From Rhizaria sp. SCN 62-66 (Eukaryota), in contig MEDY01000006.1 in the NCBI GenBank assembly GCA_001724265.1, positions 1 through 64,000 of the forward strand: DNA of 64,000 nucleotides, in the 5' to 3' direction. Positions 37,483-48,860 of this stretch are shown here, piece after piece; the stretch's first letter is position 1, and each line of letters begins with the position of its first letter. The position numbers and the translations under genes were made by a program. The notes beneath the pieces were generated by a model. That model was not told the origin of the DNA. It ran no database searches and saw only the letters and a program-made list of their open reading frames with translations.

Positions 37483-40147
37483 ATGTCGTCCCGCCGCCGC
37501 ACGGCCGACCATGAACCTGCGGTCGCAGGCTCCGACGCAGCACACCAGCGCTCCAAGACCGCTCGCATCGCCCATTCGCCCGCCAAACGCGGCTCCTCCA
37601 GCTCCGCCGGTGCGCGGACGGACCTGTCCGCGCTGCTGCCCCCGCCGTCCGCGGTCTCTGACGCGGACGACCCGCGCCTGCGCGCGCTGCGCGACCTGCG
37701 TCTGTGCATCTGCGACGGGCCCACGCAGTTCACCGTGTTCAAGTCGCGGCTCACGGTTAAGGGCGAGCTGGGGTACCGCATGATCCGCTGCACGCACGGC
37801 GTCCAGGAGGGCGACATGTACTTCGAGGTCCGCTTTAACCCCACCGCGGAGCAGCAGAGCAGCGCCGCCGCTGCGGCCGCCGCGGCCGCCGTGGCCACCG
37901 GCAGCTACAACACGAGCAGCGACGCCACCACTGCGTTCTACGGCAGCGCCGGCCTGGGGCCAGACGCCCTCTCGCCCTACAGCACGAGCTCAGGCTTCAA
38001 CACAACATCCGGCTCGAGCGCCAGCTCCAGCTCGAGCTCAAGCTCCAGCTCCAGCGGCGGCCGTGACCGTGACCGCGAGAAGTCCGAGAAAGAGAAAGAC
38101 CGCGACCGCGACCGGCACCAGTCCGAGCCCACGGCTGCGGGCGCGGCTCCCCCGCCCGCGTCGCCGTTCCTGTCGTCGCCGTCGCCAGCCAACATCCGCG
38201 TGGGCTGGTCGCGCGAGCGCGGCGACCTGGACGTCCCCGTCGGCTTTGACGAGCACTCGTACGGCTACGGCGGCTCGCTCGGCCGCCGCTTTCACCGCTC
38301 GCTCGGCCGCGACTACGCAATCGCTCCCGCGCCCGGGGACGTCATCGGCTGCCTCATCTCTCTGCCGGTCGTGTCGACGATGCATGGCGCCGGTGCCGCC
38401 GCCGCCGCAGCGGCCGCTGCTGCTACTGCTGCGGACGCCACGGCTGGCAACGGCAGTGTTGACGACAGCAGTAACATCAGCCGCAGTAGCAGCAGCAGCA
38501 GCAGCAGCAGCGGTCGCATCGCTGCCGCGGCATCTGACGTTGCGGGCGCGAGCGGTGCCGCCACTTCTTTGCCGACCCTCTCCCAGTCGCAGGCGCACGC
38601 GCAGGCGCAGTTGCTGGCGGCCGCAGCGTCCAACACCACGACTCCGGCCGCCCACAACAGCACCGCTGTCGAGGCCGACCGACTCATGTCGGACCTCAAA
38701 GACCAGTTCCGACGCCGCTTCACAACGCTCCACGGCTCGTCCATCACTTTCTTCCGCAACGGCAAGTCGCTCGGCCGCGCCTTCGACAACATCCCCGGTG
38801 GGCCGTACTTCCCCGCCGTCTCGCTGTACAACGGCGCTAGCGTCACGCTCAACTTCGGGCCAGACTTCGCATGCCCGCCTCCGGGCTGCGTGCCCAGGTA
38901 CGTGGTGCCTCATCATTCACACATGAATCGACGCAGAGTTAGAGTTTTTCTAAGATATTCAAAGTGAGATATTTTGATAAAAGCGCGTTCTATGTTATAT
39001 TTTAGTTTCATTGCTCACCGATTCGGTCTTTGCCGTCAAACGTGTTTCTTCTTTGTTTCCCTTTCGCCCCGCTCTCAGGGTGACCGTGGTTGAGGCCGAC
39101 GTCGACACCCACGCCGCCGAGACGCTGCTGCCGCCCGGACTCCTCGACGCCTACACGCGCGCTGTCGCGGCCGCCACCGAGGCCGCCGCAGTGTCGGCGG
39201 CGGCCACGGCGGCGGCGGCCTCGGCCTCGGCAGCCGCGGCGGCGGCGGCAGCGACCGCCGATGCCGCTGCCACGGCCACGGCTGCGGCCGGCGGCGGCTC
39301 TACGCCTGTTGCCGGCGGTGCTGGCGCTGCCGGTAGCAACAGCAGCAACAGCAACAGCACAAGCAGCAGCAACAGCAGCAAGAGCAAGAGCCAGAGCCAG
39401 AGTCACTCTCGGGGCGGCAGCAGCAGCAACAGCAACAGCAGTAGCAGCAGCAGCACTGGAGCCAGCGGGAGCTTGACTCCCCTTGCAGCGACGGCGACCG
39501 CGGCCGCCACCGCCGAGGCCTCCGCCGCCGCGGCCGCCGCCGCCGCCGCTGCCGCCGCGGCCGCCGCCGCGAACCCGCTCCCGCCGCTGCCCTTTCTGGG
39601 CGGCTTAACTTCTCTCCCCGCGGGCGCGCACGCGGCGCTGGTGGCGGCGGTGGGGCAGGGCGACGGCGCGGGCGTCTGGGCCTGGACCGACCACGCTGAC
39701 GCCACTGGGGGGCCCATCGATCTCACCGGCAACAACAGCGGCGGCAGGCGCGGTGGCGGCGGCGGCGGCGCGTCGAAAAAGTCCAAGAAGGGCGTGCACG
39801 GGCTGCAACGCAAGCAGCAGAAGAAGCGGCGGCCGCAGTCGACGGCCTCTGCGGCGCCCCTGCCCACTGGAGCTGCGGGCGCATCGGGTACGGGGGGGGA
39901 GGACGGCGACGGCGAGGGCGGCGACGACGACGGCGCGGCCGACCAGCAGGCCGACGGCAGCGGCGGCAGCGGCGGCAGCGGCGGCGGCGGCGGCAGCGGC
40001 GGCGGCGGCGGCAGCGGGGCGGGCGCGGCGAGGGCTCGCACGCGCGTGTGCGTGGCAGTGACGCGGATGCGGCAGGCTTTGTACCCCGCGCTGGTACCCA
40101 ACCCGAAGCTCGAGGAGGAGGCCGAGCTGTTGCAGATGATCAACTAA
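37483..40147 (+). CDS. ASH2: ASH2L/Bre2/TRAUCO-like SPRY-domain protein (COMPASS H3K4 methyltransferase subunit). Exons 37483-38897, 39079-40147
   Basis: SPRY segments GYRMIRCTHGVQEGDMYFEV, RVGWS...LDVPVGFDEHSYG, GDVIGCLI, SSITFFRNG, YFPAVSLY...VTLNFGPDF..PP match the Ash2 SPRY pattern. Intron GTACGT...TCAG. Ends TAA. Confidence 0.85.
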
Positions 40148-40553
40148 ACGCTTAATGACTACACACTATGGCAATAAATCTACGCATTGCATTATTAATT
40201 CAATCTGCTCTGGCTTTGAGTCGCAATGATTTATTTTGTATACCGTTCAGTTTTTTCGGTCCTCGGACTTCGGCTGCATCCTACTGCCGTCTCAGACTTC
40301 GGGCTGGTGCGACACTCGCGAGGTCTTTTTCGAAGGCATGTTTTCGTCAGCATAATTAATTATTTTTTCGCCTCGTACAAATGTGTGTCAAGTAGTATAT
40401 CTGCTCTTAATATGTCTTGTGGGTCTTTCCTTGGTTGGCCGCACAGGTATGTCCGTGCCACGCCGACCCCACCGTCTTTGCCCTTGCTCACCCACCTTTC
40501 CCCCTTGCCTCGTGCCCCCTTTACGTTCCCTCTGCCCTACCACACAGGTTCCA

Positions 40554-41768
40554 ATGGCATCGCTTCAGGTCGTCGAGAAGCTGGACAGCGCCGAGCCGCC
40601 GCTGGTGGCTGTGTTCACGGCGGGCATCCCCGCCGCGGTGGCCGAGGAGGAGGACTTCGTGTTCCAAGTCTACAAGCGCGAGCGCCCGGCCGCCAAGAAC
40701 GCGCCCCCCGTCGTCGAGACGCTCATCTTCGGTGAGGGCAACGAGACACACTTCCTGGGCTACGACGACAAGAGCACGACGCTGGCCAAGAACGACAACA
40801 ACTACGCGATCGGCGTCTTCCGTCCCAATTACGTCGGCAAGTCTGGCCCCATCATCCGCATCGTTCCTGCGGCCGGCCTCTACGTCATGAAGGAGCTCAA
40901 CAACAAGGACGCTGGCGGCATTGACACTGTGACGATTAACGACCTCGACTACAACACTGTGCGCACGCAGCTCACCGAGCGCTTCGGCTCCCGCAAGCGC
41001 CGCCGCGAGCTGCGCTCTGAGCAGGCCAACGCCTTCGACATCAACGCCAACAAGGCCGCCGCGCTGGCCGCGCAGCTCGCGCTCGAGTCTGCCGCCGAGC
41101 TGTCGGCCGCGGCGCCCGACTCTGGCATCGACGGGCGGCTGGCGAAGCTGCCTGCGTTCGACGACAAGACGGAGAACCCCGAGCAGATCTACGCCTTCTC
41201 CGCGCTGCTGCCCGCCGAGGCGTGGGACTCGCTGGACCACCGGTCGATCCTCGCGCCCACCGAAGACGCCGACTCGCTGCGCGCCTCGCTGCCGTCATTC
41301 GTGCTCTCTCGCATGGGCACCGCACAGGCCCACGTGCGCAACGGTGACAAGGACGCGGGCAAGCTGCTCGCGCGCAAGCTGCTGCACCTGACCTTCCTGG
41401 TGCGGCTCATCCGTGCTGGCAAGGGCGTGCGCGGCAAGTCGGTGGAGGAGTTCACGATCGCGCCGCCCGCCGTGGTGCACGTGCTGCGCAAGACGTACTT
41501 CGACGACTCGGGCCGCATGGACCAGGAGGCGCGCTCGAAGCTGATGTGCCACACGGCTGTGCTGACGCTGCTGTGCTCGGACCGCTGCGCCGTCGAGGCT
41601 GAGGGGCTGGAGCGCCTCGGCAAGGACCTCCAGCTCGCCGTCAGCAAGCTGCTGCCCTTCTTCCAGGAGGTCGGCTGCAAGAACGCCAGCAAGAGCAAGG
41701 CCGCGCTGCTTGCGCCGCTGCAGCTGCCCGCGCTCGGCCAGCCGGGCGGCAACGCCAAGCGCCGCTAA
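40554..41768 (+). CDS. RPA49: RNA polymerase I subunit RPA49 (A49/POLR1E)-like
   Basis: NYAIGVF, RTQLTERFGSRKRRR, LPAFD...PEQIY, KLMCHTAVLTL, LGKDLQL...FQEVGC, ALLAPL fit the A49 family pattern. Probable 5'UTR intron 40447-40547 (GTATGT...ACAG). Ends TAA. Confidence 0.8.
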   Translation: MASLQVVEKLDSAEPPLVAVFTAGIPAAVAEEEDFVFQVYKRERPAAKNAPPVVETLIFGEGNETHFLGYDDKSTTLAKNDNNYAIGVFRPNYVGKSGPIIRIVPAAGLYVMKELNNKDAGGIDTVTINDLDYNTVRTQLTERFGSRKRRRELRSEQANAFDINANKAAALAAQLALESAAELSAAAPDSGIDGRLAKLPAFDDKTENPEQIYAFSALLPAEAWDSLDHRSILAPTEDADSLRASLPSFVLSRMGTAQAHVRNGDKDAGKLLARKLLHLTFLVRLIRAGKGVRGKSVEEFTIAPPAVVHVLRKTYFDDSGRMDQEARSKLMCHTAVLTLLCSDRCAVEAEGLERLGKDLQLAVSKLLPFFQEVGCKNASKSKAALLAPLQLPALGQPGGNAKRR

Positions 41769-42185
41769 GCAAGCGAACAAACGAACCACCGCACAGGGAA
41801 ACAAGCGAGATGTTGCGAAGCAAAGCAGTGCGATGCGATCGTGTGTTGATTGCGGCGGTGGGTGGTGTATTTTATATGATATTGACATTTACTTAGTTCA
41901 GTCATTAGTTTACATGTATTTCACGATAATACAATTGATGTTGTAAAATAACGGATTAACACGAAGGTGTTTGACCTGGTCAGCTTGATGTTAAATGGTG
42001 GCCGAGATGCGCATCAACATAAACGAAACAAACTTGTATTTTAAGGAACAAACCTTGCACGTACACAATAAATAAACAAATAACTACGAAGCAAATATGA
42101 TCGCACTGCAATTGACAAAAACCTGACATCATCCACATGACATCAACGTAAGAACATTGCATCCAACTCGTGTTCACATCTCGCT

Positions 42186-44145
42186 TCACTTGCGCGCGGC
42201 GTGCTTCCAGTGGCAGATGTCGCCGTCCTGCATGATGTACGTCTTGCCCTGGGTCTTGAGCTTGCCCGCCTTCTTCACCTCGGCCTCTGCAAAGCGGAGG
42301 AAAACAATGGAAACAATGACAGTGAGAGAAAACAACAACAACACAAAAAAAAACACAACAGAAAGCAACAGATAGCGATGTGAGACGAGTCAGCATATTG
42401 ACGCAGCAAGATTTAACTTCACTGAAAAGTGCATGATCAGTTTAAAATCACATCAGGACAAACCATTTTAAGCAAGACGTGATAGTGTAAGTGAGGTATA
42501 GTTTCAAAGGATATGCACGAGAGTACGTACCGGAGCCGAGCTGGTTGATGTCGTCAAAGGCGTAGATGTCGCCACAAATGAAGTTCTTCTCGAAGTCGGT
42601 GTGGATGACGCCCGCGGCCTGCGGGGCCGTGGCGCCTTTCTTGACGGTCCAGCTGCGCACCTCGACCTCTCCAACGGTGAAGTACTGGATGAGGTTCAGC
42701 GCGGTGTAGCCCGATGTGATGATCGACGGCAGCATCGACTTGCTCACGTCGGCGGCCTCGTAGGCGGCGCGCTGGATGTAGGACATGTCGTCGGCGAGCA
42801 TCAGCGGCTCCGCGTCCGCCGCGCGCGGCGTCTCGGCCACGGCGTCGGCGATATAGCTCGCGCGGTCGGCGTCCGAGTCCATGAGCATAAGGTCAGCCTC
42901 CCAGTCGCCGCTGAAGATGAGACTGGGAGCGCCCGGAGAACGCTTGGCGACCCAGTCGCGGACCTTGCCGTACCAGTCGCACTTGCCAGTCAGGTAGTCC
43001 TCGGCGGAGGCGTTGAGCAGGTACACAATCGGCTTGGCAGAGAGCAGGGCGAGCTCGTTCAGAGCCTCGGCCTCAGCCTGGAGCAAGAGGGAAAGCAACA
43101 GCGAAGAAGACGAGGATTGAAAAGATGAGTTGAGTGCGACATGCAGTCATTGTTACACATAAACAATGCGATTGGAAGAATAAAGGAACACCCTGTACAA
43201 ATACAGCAATATAAACAACAACATGACATATTTTGAGCAAAATTTAATCTAATACACATTGTTGTGCTGTAGATATGCGTACCTCGGTCCATAGCCCCTC
43301 GCGCACGTCGGTGCCGGCCTCGAGCAGCGCCGCGGCCTTGCGGTAGGCCTCCAGCTGCACCAGCAGAGCCGCGTTAGACGACTGCTTCGAAGCGAGCTTG
43401 TTCGCGCGGTCCAGCGCCTGCTTCACGCGCTCACGGTCCTTGGCGATGAGCTCGTACGAGATGATTTCGAGGTCGCGGATGGGGTCGACGGAGCCCTCGA
43501 CGTGCTCGATCGCGCGGCTCTTCTGTACACGCAAAAATAGAGAAAACAAGGGAAAATATATAGAATTGATTTTAAGTCCAATTTGATTTGATTCAGACGC
43601 ATTTCAATGTTATAAACTTCAGTTTCGTCGATATATCTGCATTATAAGCCGAGTGGCGACTGACGTACCTGGTTGGGGAAGACGCGCACGAGGTGGTAGA
43701 TAGCGTCAACCGCGCCGATGTGTGACAGGAACTCATTGCCGAGCCCCTTGCCTTCGGACGCGCCCTTGACGAGCCCGGCGATGTCGGTGATGGAGAGTAC
43801 GGCGGGGACCGTGTTCTGCGGCTTGGTGTTGGCGACGAGCCAGTCGACACGCGGGTCCGGCACCTTAACGACGCTGTTGTTGGGGTCGATGGTGCAGAAG
43901 GGAAAGTTGCTCGCGGGCACGTTCTGCATCGACAGGCAGTTAAACATGGTGCTCTTGCCGATGTTGGGCATGCCGACAATGCCGATCTTGACGCTGTTGC
44001 CGGGCCGGCCCAGCTGCCGCTTCGCCGGCTCAGTCGGGCTCAGGAAGCGCTGGGGCACACGCACGACCGGGAGGGCGGCCGCAGAGGCGCCGAGGGAGGT
44101 GCGCAAGGACAGTGAGGCCGCCTTGAGCACGGTGCGACGCAACAT
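42186..44145 (-). CDS. OLA1: Obg-like ATPase OLA1/YchF with a mitochondrial-type presequence. Exons 44145-43669, 43522-43283, 43077-42531, 42286-42186
   Basis: [12 protein letters not shown] (P-loop), [47 protein letters not shown] domain YFTVG..EVRSWT...[14 protein letters not shown]...[11 protein letters not shown]. Three GT-AG introns. Ends TGA. Confidence 0.95.
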
Positions 44146-44397
44146 GCGCTGAGGGAGCTGGGCGGGCGCGCGCAGGAGGTGGGTGCGAGGAAGCAGGGGA
44201 AGAGTGCGGCGGCGTGTTCAAGTTTAGTTCGTGAGTTAAGTTCGATGCGAGAGTCCGTGTGATAGCACTATAATTTTATGACAATATCAGAAATGCCAAT
44301 TTAATTATAATTCTCTAATTATACTGTCTATTTTTATTGTTACACTCCAGTGCACAACTTTTCCCACTCCAGCCAGTCCACATCTTACCGCAGCCCC

Positions 44398-47300
44398 ATG
44401 TCCCATCCACTGCACAAGCCGCGGCCTGGGTACCTGCCTCACAAGAAGCACGGTAACCGCCCACCGCCGCCAACCGTGCTTGCCGCCGCCGGCGCCGCAC
44501 CCCTGAAGCCCCAGTACGGCGTTGATCCACGTCTGGAGCTCTTCGTGCCCCCGCAGCAGCGTCGCGCGCGGTCGCCCGCAGCGATAAAAGCATGGCGCTC
44601 TCTGCTATCCGCGGTTCCGGGGCTTGCGCACAGCGCGTTCGGGGAGCTCCCCGCGCGGATGCAGCCTGCTGCGGACGAGTTCACTGTGCTGGCAGCCGTT
44701 TTCGCAGTGTTCGACAGCTCTTACTTCGCTGATAACGAGTTTACTCCTTCTGTAACGGCTCCGAAGCAGAGTGATGTGAACGAGAGCAATCACGATGTTC
44801 CTCAGTCGTTCTCTCTGGTGACTATGAGCACGGGCACACGGTGTCTTGGCGCGAGCTTGCAGTCCCGCGCCGGGCTCGTTGTCGAGGACGGGCACGCGGA
44901 AGTCAAGTCGCGTCGCACGCTGTGCCGTCTGTTGATGCACGACCTGGCAGCGCTCTGTCTCCGCGTGCGCGCTACTATCAACGCGTTCAACAATAACAGC
45001 AACGAAAGCAGTACCGATGACGCTAGTGCTCGCGGCACAAGTCCCACCAAGGTTGTTATCGTGCGGTCAACGTTCTTTGAGTGGGCATTATACCCCATTC
45101 TGACAACTTCAGCCGCCGACACACCTGTCATTGATGCTGCTGCGCCCACAGACACTACTGCGACAGAGGCGGATATCCCAGCTGTGACGGCGGGTGTGAC
45201 CGCGCCCACGGTCACTCTGCGTCCTGCCCCGAGGCCTCGGCTGCGCCGCGGCGTGAGCTTCGCGCTGTACGTCTCACAGCCGCCCTGCGGCTCCGCTTCG
45301 TACGACCTGCCGCGGCCTAACTTTGACCCCGACTCCCAAGCATCGAACAGCAGCAACATCAACGCGAGCACAGGGGCTAACACAGACAACAGTAATGACA
45401 ACGCACAATCATCTGATGCAAGTGCGAGCGCGATCATAGACACCACCACCACCACCACCAGTGCTGCGTCGAGCTCACCGTCATCTGCTTGCCCACTGCC
45501 ACAGTTACTCGCTGACTCATCGGCGACGGACCCAGCCCGCCTGCAGCCGAAGCCAGGCCGCTCGGACCTGCCCGCCGCGCTGCGCACGCGCTGCCAGAGC
45601 TGCAGCGACAAGCTCGCCCGCCACTGCGCGCTCGGGCTCCAGGGCGCCTGGCTCGCGGCCGCTGCGGCGAGCCCGCTCACTGACCGCGAGCGCGAGCAAG
45701 AGCAAGAGCAAGCGATCGCATTGACTAGTGGCTGCGAGAAGGGACGTTTGTGGGATGTCAGGCGTGATTTGGTGCTGCCGTGGACGGCTGTTGTTGTGTC
45801 AGCTGGGGTTGACCCGGCGATCACGCTGCCCATAGTCACGGAGGTGGCGTCGACTGAGTCTGGTAACGCTGCCCCGGATTCTCAGAGCCAATCTGACACT
45901 GCAAGCACTGCTGCTTTAAACACGACTCTCACTGGTTATAAGCAGAGTGGGACATGGGATGACGCATCTGTGACTCAATACGGCACTATCAATGGGCTCA
46001 AGCTTGCTTTTTACGACCGTATCCGTGGTCACTTTGCGCCCGAGTCACTTACGAACAAGTCTCAGTCTCACGCAGAGGCAGACGAGCAGTCTCAGTCTGG
46101 CCTGCCTGCACCGCCGCTGCCACCACTGCTCGCAATCGCGCCTTCGGTTTGTTTCCCCAATTCGCGCTGGGCTCTGCTCAGGCAGGCGGCCGCGGAGGCG
46201 CGGGCAAGGCAGGTCGAGGCGCAGAAGGAGCAGCAGCAGCAGCAGCAGCAGTTTGAGCAAGGGCAGCTTCAACAACAAGGTCACCAACAGGAGAAGAACG
46301 ATCAAGACAATGTCTCTGACTCGCAATCCGCAGCACCAGCGAAGGCTAAGGACGCGTCTAGGAGTCATCACCAATCTAAGGGGGGTCCATCTAAGGGCCC
46401 CGGTGGTGCTCCGATGAGCAACCGCAGCGCGAAGCTCTTGTCTTTAGTGCCGCGCGCGCCGCGGTGCCCACCCATGGCGCTGGCGTGGTGCGCTGTGCCC
46501 ATCTTCGCGATGCCCTCAGGCCAGGGCTCAAACAACAGCAACAGCAACATCAATACTAGCTCTGACTCGAGTCCAGGCTCCAGCTCGGTTGATATCTCGG
46601 TCACGATTGCAGACAAGCTCGCTGTCACGGCTGTGACGGTGAGTTCTCTGAACTCCAGCCAGAGCACTGCTGCTGTCGGTTCAGTGACCGTGCTGCCGCG
46701 GCTGACCGTGAGCTGCGGCAACGACTGGTTCGAGACCGTGGTCGAGCGCTACGGGCTCCGCCAGGGCGCGCAGAAGCGGCCGGTCGAGGACGACACGAGC
46801 GAGGAAAAACGGGCGAACGCGCATCTTAATGCTGTTGATGCGAATGCTGCGACAGATACCACTTCTGCGGCGACAGATGATGACGTGATCACTCAGAAGT
46901 AGCCGCCTCAGCCAGGTGACGCTGAGAGCAGCAGCAACAAGGCTGAAGTCAGTGCTGATGTCGTCCTCCCAGCTTTTGCTGCTGCCACTCCAAATGTCGC
47001 TGCTGCAACTGAGTCTGCAACCGCTCCCGCTGCTGCTGATGTTGAGACTGCGTTCGTGTCGTCGTCATACCCGGTGCCTCGTGACGCCTTCAGTCCGCGT
47101 GCCTGCGTCCCCGCCCTGTCGTCCCTGTCGCTGATGTGCGCGTTTCGCGACATCACGCTGCTGTGGCCCACTGCCGCGAGCACCGTACCTATGCCTGCTA
47201 GTGGTGTGTCGACGGCAACGTGCGGGGCTGATGCGTACGCAGCGCGGTTGCGCACTGCCGCGGCGTTGCCTGCCGCTACTGCGAAGGCGTACCTGTACAG

Positions 47301-47625
47301 CGTCGCCAACGAGGCGCAGTCGCGGCTCAAGTTTACACACCCGACGTATGGCGAGAGGAAGGATGATGCCCTGAATATCAACGGCCTTGATGCAAGTACT
47401 ACGCATTCCAGCAGTGTTACTACGAGCGAGACTGCGACTGGGGGAAGTCAGGCTGTGACGACAGCCCAAGGTTTCGGTCTCCGCGGCTGGCCACCCAAGG
47501 AGCAAAAGTACACGCAGTTTGTCCTGCCCGAGCCGTACAAGATGCGGGACACACTGCAGCGGCCGTGGGCCCGTCTGGGTCTTAGCTCCTGGCTCTGGGA
47601 CGACGATGAGGCGAAACGGATCTGA
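44398..47625 (+). CDS. tRNA-specific adenosine deaminase ADAT1/Tad1-like (ADAR-type deaminase domain, no dsRBD seen), ~1075 aa, with an in-frame TAG at 46900-46902
   Basis: Motifs TGTRCL, DGHAEV, LYVSQPPCGSAS, KPGR, SCSDKLAR...LGLQGA, GLRQG. The same frame continues past the TAG into SSLSLMCAF and GWPPKEQKYTQF, which resemble the family's terminal elements. Ends TGA. Confidence 0.85.
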
Positions 47626-48119
47626 ACGAAAGCACATTTATAACCACACAGATAACTAGTATTTAATCGAGAAACCGAATTTAATGTGTCAATACATTCA
47701 ACATATACACAAGACAACCAATTTATTACATTATTTCATAGGATCTGGATCTGGAGTGATATGTTAAAATGACGAGTGCGAGATCAAACTGGCAGGACTT
47801 TTTGCGAACCGGATGAAAATTATCATTTTCGGTTCTAGGTCTCAGTCGTCTGCGGGATGCACTTCGCAGGTCTCATGTGCAATGCCGTCGGGTTGTATAT
47901 CACATTTGATCAATTGGGCGGAAACTTTATAATGTAAATATTCATTCTATTAAACGGCTGCTTTTATGTGACTTGTTGACATGCGATGACGACCTCGGCA
48001 GATCGTGCAGTTGGCGTGCAGTCCGGGACCGTCACCGTTTTCTTCTTTCTCTTAGCATTCTGTTGCTTACCGCTTCTTTTCCCTTCTGCCATTCTTTTGT
48101 CCACTTTAGCCTGGCCGCG

Positions 48120-48860
48120 ATGTTGAAGGCTCTTCGTCGTGCTGCTCCCCTCGCGAGCCGCATGAGCTCCTCCGCAGTCGCCTCCTTCTCCACCCTCTCC
48201 AAGCCCCTCGCCGCTTCCACCTCTGCCGCGCTCCCCGCGTTCTCGGCCGCTGTTTCGCAGCTCTCCCTCGCCGCGCCCCTTCGCGTTGCTCCCCTTGCCG
48301 CCTTCTCCACCGAGGCCGCCGCTGCTCCCACGACCGGCGACGCTGCACCCGAGATCGCCCCCGTGGTGATCGAGAACGCCATCGCCACCTCGACGGGCTT
48401 CGTCTCCCACGCGCTCCGCCCCCAGGCCGAGCTGATGTACCGCAACCTCCCCATCGGCGAGGCCAAGCTGGACCTTATCTGCCGCCTCATCCGCGGCCTC
48501 TCGGTCCGCGAGGCTATCGCGCAGCTCCGCCTCTCTGAGCGCAAGCACACGTACTGGTTCCGTCGCGCCCTCGAGAACCTGACGCGCCAAGCCGTGCACA
48601 ACTTCAACATGGCACCCGAGCGCCTCGTTGTTCAGGAGGTCTACTCGACCCGCGCCAACCAGTACATCCGCGCCGACTTCAAGGGTCGCTCGCGCCTGGG
48701 CTTCCGCTACCGCTACCACTCGCACCTCTTCATCAAGGTCGGCGAGCAGAAGTACCACCCCAACGAGATCCGCATCGGCCGCCTCGGCCCCACCATCACG
48801 CACATCAACAAGGTCAACGCCACCATCGACGCGTGGAAGGCCCGCAAGAGCGCCGACTGA
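48120..48860 (+). CDS. MRPL22: Mitochondrial ribosomal protein uL22m
   Basis: Presequence-like MLKALRRAAPLASRMSS; L22 core KLDLICRLIRGLSVREAIAQLRLSERK...LVVQEVY...KGRSR...HSHLFIKV. Ends TGA. Confidence 0.9.
   Translation: MLKALRRAAPLASRMSSSAVASFSTLSKPLAASTSAALPAFSAAVSQLSLAAPLRVAPLAAFSTEAAAAPTTGDAAPEIAPVVIENAIATSTGFVSHALRPQAELMYRNLPIGEAKLDLICRLIRGLSVREAIAQLRLSERKHTYWFRRALENLTRQAVHNFNMAPERLVVQEVYSTRANQYIRADFKGRSRLGFRYRYHSHLFIKVGEQKYHPNEIRIGRLGPTITHINKVNATIDAWKARKSAD

Noticed and set aside
44398-47625. Pseudogene interpretation of the TAG-containing genes
   Set aside because: No frameshifts or other stops, catalytic motifs intact, and the interruption is TAG in all three genes. Disfavoured rather than formally excluded.
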